Assembly: GCA_951406725.2 (NCBI GenBank)
Contig: OX597826.1
Location: forward strand, 74,276,001 to 74,340,000
From: Octopus vulgaris
Taxonomy: Eukaryota
Direction: 5' to 3'
DNA: 64,000 nt
Shown: in pieces, positions 52,872 through 64,000 of the stretch
How positions within the stretch are numbered: the stretch's first letter is position 1
Layout: each line of letters starts with the position of its first letter
Position numbers and translations under genes: made by a program
The notes under the pieces: model-generated
Databases searched by the model: none
The model's input: only the letters and a program-made list of their open reading frames with translations
What the model was told of the DNA's origin: nothing

Positions 52872-53031
52872 AAAATAGAACCGAAATGCCAATTCTATCC
52901 TCTATTTATATAATATCGAGGTCTCTTTCTTTTGTTATCTTACCGTTTTTATCAATATATATATATATATACACATACATACATACATACATACATACAT
53001 ACATACATACATACATACATACATACATACG

Positions 53032-53064
<33 letters not shown>

Positions 53065-53194
53065 GCACATATACATACACACATATATGCACATATACAT
53101 ACACAAATATATACACACAGACAGACCAGACACACAGACACACATTTTTATACATTGACACATATGCCTGTATGTATATGCGTGTGTATGTATG

Positions 53195-53253
<59 letters not shown>

Positions 53254-54784
53254 ACACACACGCACACACATACATTCTTCTTGGGTCTTTTGAGTTTTGT
53301 TGGGTCTTTATTCTTCTCGGTCTTTAATGACCAATCATATATTCGTATAAATCATAAGTCCTTGATTACAGGGTATTTGAATGATCTTGTGAAGGTCGGT
53401 ACGAATGGAATGACTTGCCTCGTGGTAAGTATTTAGTCGTGTAATAACGCGCGCGTTTTTCGAAGGCCTTCTATTTGAGACAACTATCTACGTGACATCT
53501 CCATAATGCCAGGGTAATGCTTTTGGAGAATATGCGACTGGCTCTGCTGAGAGTAAGGTGATACAAAGAAACAGAAACCGAATAAACATCGTCTAATACA
53601 TTTATTGAATCTCAAAGCTGGATATGTTTGTATTTCTCTGGCTGCTTCAGAGATTTTTCTGGCGAGTTTCAAGTTATTTGCTTTACACACCCTGTAAGAA
53701 ATAGAAACGGAGTCAAACCTTTAACCTTTATCTAAGAAGTTAATATTGCATCGGATATTTGTCAGACGATAAAGCATTTCAGCCTGGCTTTCAGTTGATC
53801 GTCTTTCATTGAAAAGATTATCGTTTGATCTCCTTAATGTAACCGGAATTCTTAATATAGAGCGCCTGGATAACTCATGTAAAACTACAAAAAATGCAGA
53901 GGCGAATAAACAATACATATAATGCTATATAGTGGAGGCACATGGCCTAGTGGTTAGAGCAGCGGATTCGCGGTCGAGGGATCGCGGGTTCGAATCTCAG
54001 ACCGGGCGATGTATGTGTTAATGGGCGAAACACCTAAGCTCCACGCGGCTCCATGCTAAGAATTTCGCCCGGCGTGCTAACGTTTCTGCTAGCTCTCGCC
54101 GCCTTTAGATGCTGAGAATATTCTTTTCTACTCTAGGCACAAGGCCCGAAGTTTTTGGGAAGGGGGACAGTCGATTAGATCGACCCCAGTACACAACTAT
54201 TTCCCGGTTTCAGTGGCGTAGAAATCCCCCCCTTCCTGGACGGGACGCCGGTTCGTCGCAGGATTGCTCATTTTTGCCAGCTGAGTGGACTGGGGCAACG
54301 TGAAAATGAAGTGTTTTGCTCAAGGACGAATTAAAAACTTAATCGAACTTTCTCATGATCTGAACCCAAACTTTTGATGTATCAAAAACTTGTTATTTTA
54401 ATACATTATCAACAGTCATATTTTATCCTTTCTATTATAGGCACAAGGCCTGAAATTTTGGGGAGGCGGGTAGTCGATTACATCGACCCCAGTACTCAAC
54501 TGGTACTTAATTTATCGACCCCGAAAGGATGAAAGGCAAAGTCGACCTCGGTGGAATTTGAACTCAGAATGTAGCAAAGGACGGAATTCCGCTGAGCATT
54601 TTGTCCAGCGTGTTAACGATTCAGCCAGCTCGCCGCATAACAGTCATATTTTATATAATATCAGTGATGTTTGTAGTGAATATCTGACGCCGTTCATAGT
54701 TTTATATAATATATGATTCTGGCTACCAATGAGTCTACTATTTTACAAAAAAAAAAAAAAATGATGATGATGGTGATGATCACG

Positions 54785-55313
54785 GCCTAAAATGCTCAAA
54801 GACTTGGCATGACCGAATCCCAGAAGGAGTAACTGAGAATGAATACTGTAAAATCCCGAGGGATGCAATGATTCAGTGTGATCAGATCAGATATCGGAAA
54901 CTTGATATTGTTGTGGTGAACAAAAAAACAGAAAATAATAAATAACTTGCATGATAACCGATATAGCATGTCCCGGTGATAACAGGGTCAGAGAGAAAGA
55001 AGAAAATGTGAAGAACTATGACGATTTGAAGTGGGAAATACGAAAGTTGTGGGTAATGAAGAGAGTGGACGTGATACCAATAATAATTGGCGTACTTGGA
55101 AGTATCAGCACTCAACTTACCAACATGGTTCAAAAGATTCGGATAAATTCAAAGATGGAACACTTACAAAAATCCTCATTGTCTGGAACTGAAAGAGTTC
55201 TCCGCAGGGTTCATGAAGCATGATCTGTAAACAAGTGTCACCTTAATCTGCTGGCTGTGGACAACTGACACTTTCCATCATACCCAGTGGAATAAGCTGA
55301 GAGCTTTCATCAA
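54785..55313 (+). mobile_element. R4/Dong-like LINE 3' remnant
   Basis: PEGVTENE, LDIVVV, DIACPGD and VIPIIIGVLG motifs of the RLE domain; followed by (TAA)n. Confidence 0.83.
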
Positions 55314-55316
55314 ATG

Positions 55317-55374
<58 letters not shown>

Positions 55375-55553
55375 TAATAATAATAATGATAATAATAATA
55401 ATAATAATGATGATAATAATAATAATGATAATGATAATAATAATAATGATAATAATAATAATAATAATGATGATGATAATAATAATGATAATGATAATGA
55501 TAATAATATTAATGATAATAATAATAATAATATTAATAATAATAATAATAATG

Positions 55554-55629
<76 letters not shown>

Positions 55630-55652
55630 TAATAATAATAATGATAATAATA
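55314..55652. repeat. (TAA)n/(TGA)n array
   Basis: Seen directly. Confidence 0.95.
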
Positions 55653-56379
55653 ATTGCAGCACAAGACCAAAGCCTCCCCACCAGAAATTACCAAAAACAT
55701 GTAATGAAAAGAAGTATAACACAGAATATTTGGAGATGGACAAGAAACAATAAATCATATTATCTCTGGCTGCCCAGTCCTGGCTAAGAAGGAATATATT
55801 CACAGACATGACAGAGTTGGAACCTACATACACTGGAAGCTATGCCAACATGGAATAACAACAGAAAAAAGATGGTATAGGCACACACCAGAAAAGGTCA
55901 CAGAAAACAAGAAAGCAACCATACTCTGGGATATGCCGATACACACAGATAGAGAAATTAAGGCCAACAGACCAGATATAGTTGTCAGAGATCATGAAGA
56001 AAAAAATGCTTTCTAATTGATGTATCAATACCGGCAGATGACAACGTGTCTCTAAAAGAAATGGAGAAACTTTCAAAATACAAAGACCTGGAAATAGAGG
56101 TAACCAGAATGTGGAATCTAAAAACAGAAACAATTCCTATCATAGTAGGTGCATTAGGCATGATAAAAAAATATTCAGACAAATACATAACAAAAACACC
56201 AGGACTTACAAACACATATAACATACAGAAAATTGCACTACTAGGCACTGCACACATCCTACGCAGAACACTTTCCATACAATAACCATCAGAGCATCAC
56301 AACAAATCACAGCACATACCTAAGGCACTCAGAGCTGCGCTCGGTAGTGAAGTGAAAGCACGCTATAAAAATAAAACTA

Positions 56380-56382
<3 letters not shown>
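55651..56382 (+). mobile_element. R4/Dong-like LINE 3' remnant (CCHC knuckle plus RLE), frameshifted
   Basis: AAQDQSL, ETINHIISGC, RHD, ILWD, NRPDIVV, IDVSIP, KYKDL, IPIIVGALG and GTAHILRR motifs; (TAA)n on both sides. Confidence 0.92.
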
Positions 56383-56456
<74 letters not shown>

Positions 56457-57035
56457 TAATGACAATAATGATGATGATGATGATGATGTTCTGATGCAAT
56501 ACCGGTCAGTGGCTGTCATGGCTTTTCGTTTTAACTGATTGGAAGTGTTATCATGTTTTGTCTTGGCATAAAAGATGGGCTACAGCAAATATTCTGCTCA
56601 ATACCACAGATTTGCTTGTCAGTTGTTTGACCTTAACCAGTTGACCATGACCCTTGGTGGCTGACGATATGTGCCTCTCTGATCACGAGCAGAAATAGTG
56701 GGGGAGTATCATAGCCGTGTCTTGAAAGGAATTATTGGAGGTTTGGATAATTCACCTTTGGAAACATGGGTGGTTCGTTCAACATCCTTAAACAACTCTT
56801 ATTCAGGGACCTTTTGAGCGGAATGGGTTACTTGACCAGAAGAAAATTCTAACTGGGCCCCAACCTGCAAGGTTATGTGCTGTTTCTCTTGATATGAGAT
56901 AACCCATGTCGCGCACATATGGTTGTGATGCATGTGCCTAGTGTACCTTATACCGGGCTTCATATATTTTACCCCACTGTCACTTTGATGGCATGCACTG
57001 CTCTCTCACTCAATGATAATAATAATAATAATAAT

Positions 57036-57116
57036 AATGATAAGAGAGACAAATGATGTGAGATCATTGATGTAGCCATACCAATTGACATAAATGTTGT
57101 GAGTAAAGCGGTTGAA
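57036..57116 (+). mobile_element. Short R4/Dong RLE fragment after (TAA)n
   Basis: DKRDK*CEIIDVAIPIDINVVSKAVE. Confidence 0.5.
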
Positions 57117-58155
57117 CGACAAACACCTCCAGTTTCCCCAAAACTTTGCGTTTTCTACTTGAAACATTCTGTATTTTCGCCCTATTCTGAGTTCGAGTAA
57201 ATACGACAGGACGTGAAAATGATTGCAAAACTTATTTTTTTACAAATGTCACACTTCATAACGACATTTCTTATGATGAATCCTTGAAATTATTTCAGAT
57301 GTATATGGGTTTTTTTTTTTTTTGTGGGTGTAATTTTTTATTAAAAAAAAAAAAAAAAAAAAAAAAATCGTAAGTAATTTTATTTGAAAAATAAAATAAA
57401 ATTAACGAAAAATACAGAATGTGAAGGTTGATGTAGTTTATAACATTTTCGTCTTCACTAGAAATTCCTGAGACGCCAGCTGAAACACTCTGATTCTACA
57501 TTTGATAACAAAATAAATAAATAAATAAATAAATAAATTGATATATATATAAAGAAATGAATAAATAAATAAAAGAATTTTTCAGTGTGTCCGGCTCTCA
57601 TAGAGCCACAGAGCTGCTGCTTTCTCGGTTAGCAATACTTGTGCTATGTCTCGTATGCTCCACAAAGATCTTTTGATAATTTGTTAATCTAGAGATCAGA
57701 ATGACAAGATGTGATACGTTCCTCAACGTTTAGGATGTTATGTAGCTTTATGTTCGCTCAACAGCAGCATGTAAACAGTCTCCAGGACAACTGGCATAGT
57801 TTTCGAATTTCTCTCCTTCAAATAAAAACAGTCTTGCTTTTTCGTTTTTCGTTTTTGTTTTCGTTTTTCGTTTTTTTCCGTTTTTCTTTTTCGTTGACTT
57901 ATTCAGGAGATATGCGTGTGCACACACACACACAGAGTCACATGTGGTACATTCATATATTTATATTCGTCTGTGTGTGTGTGTGTGTGTGTGTGTCTGT
58001 ATGTACTTATGTATGTATGTAATGTATGTTTGTACACGTATACATAGTTCTTAACATTTAAACACGTTTAGATCTTTTAAGTGTGTAACTGCTTCGGTGT
58101 AAGTATATATAAGCAGACAGAAATGCATAACAATCTGTGTATGCACACACACACA

Positions 58156-58206
<51 letters not shown>

Positions 58207-59055
58207 ACACACACGGTATATACGTGAATATAAAACGTTTGACATATACGTGTGTTTGTGTGTTTACTCCTGTATAAATAGCACCAGAAACATAAGAAAG
58301 GGGATAACGCGAGAGGGAACAATCGGGGAGTGAAAATAGAAGCAATATATATATATGTTTGTATGTATGTATATACGCAAGAGAGAGAGTGAGAGGGAGA
58401 GAAAGAACGTGAGAGAGAGAAGCAGGGGTAGGTGAAAAAAGATGGTGCAAAGGAAAACGAAAGAACCAACAAAAGCGAAGAGATGGAAGAGGGAATCACG
58501 GAGAGATGAGCAGAGATGTTTTCAGTTTGCTGCTCAGAACTTGATTTTATTGAATGTTTCTACAGAATCCTTGGTTTTTATGCCACTTACGATAATCACA
58601 GGTATTTTTTTTTGGAGAGAAATTAATAATTCAAAAGTTACGAACCTAATTTTGAAAAGTTTCGTAATTTTAGCCAATCAGATTTTTCCACCCGGGATGT
58701 CCCACTCAGCTGACGATGTTATTTGTATATGTTCCCATAGCAATAAGTCGCACTCACCTAAGGGTTTGTTAGGGTTAAGGTCTAGGGTTTAAGGCCTGGG
58801 GTAGGTTTAAGGTTAGGATTTAAGTTTTAGAGGACTAGATTTTGGGTGAAAGTGAGAAGTACAACGCAAAATTTCATTCTGAACATTAATTCGTTTGCCT
58901 CAATTTTTTCCATTAAATGTCTTCATCTGTGTTCAGCGACGTTTTTAATATCAATTTCTCAAAAGTAACAAGTTATTTTCGTAATGTCACGAGTAAAAGA
59001 ACTGACCTATGTTGTTTTGCCGTCACCTGCAAATCTAGTAAGATGGAACGTCTCA

Positions 59056-59900
59056 GAGAATGCAAATGCGGAAAGGTAGGAACACTGAAGCATATTCTTT
59101 CCAACTGTTCACTAGCATTGAACAGGTATACATGAAGACACAACCTGGCTCTTAAGATTATCTTCAATGCTAAAAAGAACCAAATTGATTTCAACAACAG
59201 TGAAAAAAAAGTAACCGCTGGAAGTACGAACTAGAGATTTCATTACCTTCGTACGCTCAGGACAGCGGATCCGTTTCAAGAAGAACAACAAACTTCCTGT
59301 GAGAGATGAAAAGTGGAACGGCAATTGGGAGGTGCTGTAGATTTATCAGGGTGCCAGGGACTTTTTCCTATCCCAATTACGAAAAAAAAACCGGACATTT
59401 TAATGTGGTGTGAAGGAAAGAAAGTTGTGAATCTAGTCGAATTAACTGTTTCTCATGAAGATAACATGGACGCCGCTTGGGCTCGAATGATTGATCGTTA
59501 TGTAAATCTCCTCGAGGACTGTGAAGATGCAGGCTGGAAAGCGGAGCATTTTCCAATCAATGTTGGATGTAGAGGGTTTGTTGGACACAGTGTGAGACGA
59601 CTGTTGTTATCGTTAGGCCTAACACATCGTAAGGTAAATACCACCATGACCGATATCCAAACAACAGTGGAAAAGGCTAGCCACTGGATTTGGTTAAAAA
59701 GAAACGATGAGCGATGGCTAGAAGAATATTGAGCTTTATTTAATAACCAGCTGATCTAGCAAGCGAGGCCTCATATCAGTGAGGGGATTGCGGTGAGCAT
59801 TGATGCCGTCAAGTGGTAGGTCCCTAAACAGCGCGCATTCTCTCCTGATGACTCCATACACTTGCTGGCTTCCGGTATGCCGAGTTCTCGACTGGTAGCA
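59056..59900 (+). mobile_element. HERO-like RLE non-LTR retrotransposon 3' remnant
   Basis: CKCGKVGTLKHILSNC knuckle, RYT*RHN, KPDI, VELTV, VGCRGF and EKASHWIWLKR motifs; stops and frameshifts present. Confidence 0.87.
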
Positions 59901-60636
59901 CTTGCATGTGCAAGTTGTTTGCAAAACATCTCGCGTTAATGTCAGATTCCTACTTGTTTCTGTTGCTCCCCATTTCGCTTTTCTTACCCATTCCTTTTGC
60001 CCCCTTGTTTATATTTTATGTATGCAATTGTTAAACATTATAAAGATGTTATCTAAGTATATCTTCTTTGGTTTGACACATCACACGTCTTCTGCTTTCA
60101 TATCTACTTTTCTTTGCCATTCAAGTCCAAGAAAATAAAATAACATTATTCTCACACATGTGTCTGATGTGTGAGAATTAATTCTAAATACCTTCCAAAA
60201 TGTCAAAATTTTCTCCACGATTCTCAATGATCTTGAGATATTTTGGTGAAAAATACTAATTCTTTCAACTAACTTTGTTGTCTTACATTTTTGAATAATT
60301 TTCTACTTCCCTTGGCGTTTGAATAGTATACTATTTCGCATTTTCAGCAAATGGTTTTATTTTGATGTTTATATTTCTTTGTCACTGTTGCAATTAATAT
60401 GAAAAGAGGAGAGATGAAAGAGAAACCAAAGCTGTAAAAAATACGAAAGCGAACCCTAAGATTTTTGATAAATTTGCAAAATAATCAGCTTTAATATATC
60501 ACAAATTAGGGGCAATGCTAAAAAAAAAATTGCTCACTGACTGCAGCGTCGTAAAGAGTATGTGAAAAACTGAATGCACAATCAAAAGAGTCTTTACTTC
60601 ACCGATAAGAATAAATTAACCGGCTTTCTTCTACAG

Positions 60637-60891
60637 CAGTGTTTCTCAACCATTTTTTACCTATGAACCCCTTTGGTCCCTAGTTTATTTTACTGGACCC
60701 CATAGCCACTCGATGTTTAAAAAATCAAATTATCTTCTCATAATTGAATTTTATTAGAAATTGTATGAAAAAAAATTATTAAAATATTTCGTGTATTGTA
60801 GTAGTAAAACCAATTTATTGCAGACAAATTTTAACGATAAAATCTAATATGGAACCCCAAGGGTCTTATGGACCTTAGTTTAGAACCATTG
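60637..60891. mobile_element. hAT-type MITE
   Basis: TIR CAGTGTTTCTCAAC / GTTTAGAACCATTG; 8-bp TSD TTCTACAG / TTCTACAT. Confidence 0.78.
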
Positions 60892-61319
60892 TTCTACATT
60901 GTAACTTTTTCTACCAAGAAGAGGCAACTATCGATTACATGGACATGAAAGAGAAGTGAAACGTAATATTAACTCAGTGAAATGGTCTTAACTTAGCAAC
61001 AGAAGAACTCCGGTAAGTTCCCAACTATTCTCTTCCATACGTTTCTAGACATCGAAAGAATTTTCAACGCAATCGCTTCAGAGAATTTTTCAAGCTTCCT
61101 TGCAAATAGTAAGTTGTTAAACTAATTTCAGAACTGGAAACAATGAAACACTATTAAACCAAAAACATTACCTCAATATAACAGATGAGTTAGAAGACAG
61201 GGGGAGAGGCTGAAAGAACTAAGACCTTCTCTACTCTCTGAAGCGAAGATTAGGAAGATATGATATGAAGAGGGAAAAAACAATCAGTGTAGACGGTCTT
61301 CGAGTGTCGCATATTATTA

Positions 61320-62190
61320 CTCAGACAGTTTGGTGTGTTTCACGTAAACTTGAGGATAATATTTCATTTTTGGATTTGGTTTACAAGATTCTTTATATGA
61401 ATTCGTGTGTTGAAGCATATTCTGTTGTGTCTGGGGAGAGTCATTTTCTTTTTGTGCCTTATAATTCAACACACTCACCGGTAAAATTTCCACTTATTTC
61501 CTATTTTTATTTTCCTAAAATTTTCGTTGCGTCTTGCAACCTTTTCAATAGTCTTGACTCTGTCCGTTATTTACACTGAGGATAATGTTGTTAACAGAAA
61601 GTGTAGACGCTTTCGGACTCGTCACATTTCGAAGTTACGTTTATGCAATTTAAGTGTGGGAGATAGGTATGAAATACCTAATTAACCTAAGATACCTAAG
61701 ATAAGATTGAACTCTTGAACCCTCAAAATGCGATATAAAATGTCGGTTATATCACATTTCCATGGGATATTTTATACATGTGATCAGTAACTGCCCCCAA
61801 ATGCCATCAAGGTACTTCCTTCTATCGCAGAACGATGCTGTTGCTATATACATAAATGCCATCCATAGGAAAGATTTCCCTGGGATAAATACAGTGAATT
61901 CCCCTGTTACTGAATACACAAATGCATATAAATACAAGGAGTAATGGTGGAAGTTTTGCATCAAAACTTCCGCCATGTACAAACACAACAAGCCTAATAT
62001 GATTGGTTGTAATTGAATATAAGAATCACGTGGCCATAGAAGTCAACTGCTCTGAAGGCGCGAACATTTCTTCTATATCTAGTGAAGGAGAAAATATCTT
62101 TGGTCAATTGCTTCGAATATTGCATCCTTTCTAACCAGATTATAAATTCACATTCATACCAATTAGTTTTTATGCTCTTCGCTATGTTGA
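61320..62190 (+). mobile_element. Old R4/Dong-like LINE remnant with a nested insertion
   Basis: SHFE, YAI*VWEIGMKYL, KCRL...HVISNC, E*WW, KHNKPN and PDYKFTFIPI motifs. Confidence 0.72.
61515..61551 (-). ncRNA. Minimal hammerhead, U3:A8 variant
   Basis: Minus strand CTA-TTGAAAA-G-GTTGC-aagac-GCAAC-GAAA-AT-TT-TAG. Confidence 0.55.
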
Positions 62191-62720
62191 TAGATACGGA
62201 AAGCTAATGTTTATAGATAAAGAAACTGATCCTCTAACACTCGATTTACAAATATAATCTGTAAGCGGAACATAAAAAATATGTTAGATTTTTGAAAGTT
62301 TAGCACGTAACACAGACCCTTTTGTTCTGAATTGCAGCGTTTGAAGTTTGCTTCTTTATTAGAAACCTTCATATAGAAACACTTCAAATAACTAGAAAAG
62401 AAACATACATGCATGCATGCGTACACGAAAATCCGACTGATGCCTAAATCTTGCAGAAGATCTTTAATTCTGGATTAGAAGACAGCACTTTGTGTACGGG
62501 TGAAATTTTTGGAGTAAAACCACAAGAATACACACATACACATATGTACAAAATATACATAAAATAATTCTTTCAAAGTTTAGTACAAGGCCAGTAATTT
62601 TGTGCGGTAGGGAAACTCGATTACATCGACCCCAGAATTTGAACTCAGAAAGTAAAGAACCGAAAGAAATGTCGCTATGCGTTTTGTCCGGCGCATAAAC
62701 GATCCTGCCAGCTCGACGCC

Positions 62721-63128
62721 TTACTCTTTTACTTGTTTCAGTCATTTGACTGCGGCCATGCTGGAGCACCGCCTTTAGTCGAGCAAATCTACCCCAGGAC
62801 TTATTCTTTGTAAGCCTAGTACTTATTCTATCGGCCACTTTTGCCGAATCGCTAAGTTACGGGAGACGTAAACACACCAGCATCGGTTGTCAAGCAATGT
62901 TGGGGGGACGAACACAGACACACAAACATATACACACACACACATATATATATATATACATATATATGACGGGCTTCTTTCAGTTTCCGTCTACCAAACC
63001 CACTCACAAGGCTTTGGTCGGCCCGAGGCTATAGTAGAAGACACCTGCCCAAGGTGCCACGCAGTGGGACTGAACCCGGTACTATGTGTTTGGTAAGCAA
63101 GCTACTTACCACACAGCCACTCCTGCAC
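62721..63128 (-). mobile_element. SINE family A
   Basis: Homolog of family A. Confidence 0.88.
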
Positions 63129-63264
63129 TTTAATAATATAAATACAATAATAGAAGCCATTTTGTTTTTGGCTTGGAAATATAAAGAGAAAATGTAAGCT
63201 GGGGACACGCATGTATGTACACATACATACACATACACATCCATACAAAACACACACACACACA

Positions 63265-63321
<57 letters not shown>

Positions 63322-63559
63322 CAAAAAAGCAATTGTCAACATAAACAAAGCTACAAACAGTTTCTGTGGGAAGAAATTTATAAAACTGAAATAAGAGAAA
63401 ATCGGTGACGAATAAGAAAATAAATAGAAGGAAACCAATATGAAAAAAAAATCAAAACAATATAATGGAGGAGCAGCCTGGAAACCCAACATTTCTTTAA
63501 TATGGGCAAGTGCCCCTGTTGCAGCTGTAGCCTGCAGATGACAGAAGTGGGTATCAGTT

Positions 63560-63612
<53 letters not shown>

Positions 63613-63616
63613 GCAT

Positions 63617-64000
63617 AAGGCCGTCGCTAAGTTTCTGATTTCAAATTCCGCCGAGGTCGACTTTGCCTTTCATCCTTTCGGTGTCGATAAATTAAGTACC
63701 AGTTGCGAACTGGGGTCGATCTACTCGACTGGCCCCCTCCTCCAACATTTCGGGCCTTGTGCCTAGAGTAGGAAAGATTATTATTATTGCGGTGAGTTTG
63801 CACGCTGGGCGAAATGCTTAGCGGTATCTCGTCTGCCGTTACGTTCTGAGTTCAAATTCCGCCGAGGTCGACTTTGCCTTTCATCCTTAAAAGGTTGATT
63901 AAATAAGTACTAGTTACGCACTGGGGTCGATGTAATCGACTTAATCCGTTTGTCTGTCCTTGTTTCTCCCCTCTGTGTTTAGTCCCTTGTGGGTAGTAAA
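63617..64000 (+). mobile_element. SINE family B copies, running off the window end
   Basis: Homolog of family B. Confidence 0.83.

Noticed and set aside
53484-53706. Minus-strand acceptor (tttctatttcttacag) followed by a 68-codon ORF
   Set aside because: No recognisable homology and no partner exons; cannot be supported without RNA data.
58760-58850. TTAGGG-like degenerate repeats
   Set aside because: Too few and too degenerate for a telomeric array; probably internal to a DNA element.

Overview
AT-rich, microsatellite-dense animal genomic DNA. The SINE repertoire resembles that of an octopod cephalopod (Octopus), which is an inference from repeat character only. The only host gene I can support is the 3' end of a + strand anoctamin/TMEM16 gene: six coding exons at 3079-8948 with consistent GT-AG phases, and a probable 3' UTR exon starting at 13314. 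The other ~49 kb looks intergenic. It holds three tRNA-derived SINE families, RTE, R4/Dong and HERO LINE remnants, Tc1/mariner, hAT and piggyBac-type MITEs, non-autonomous Helitrons and long simple repeats. Almost all ORFs in the track are repeat artefacts. The main unannotated signal is about a dozen minimal type-I hammerhead ribozyme motifs of Penelope/retrozyme type, mostly beside (TA)n tracts. They include a canonical copy, U4C variants and compensatory G3:C8 and U3:A8 core variants, plus a 17-22 kb cluster of direct repeats and long hairpins. Other notable items are a stack of distinct Dong LINEs in (TAA)n, Helitron termini with a flipped palindrome loop, and possible alternative anoctamin C-termini. 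All structures were read by eye; repeat boundaries are approximate and no folding or database search was run.
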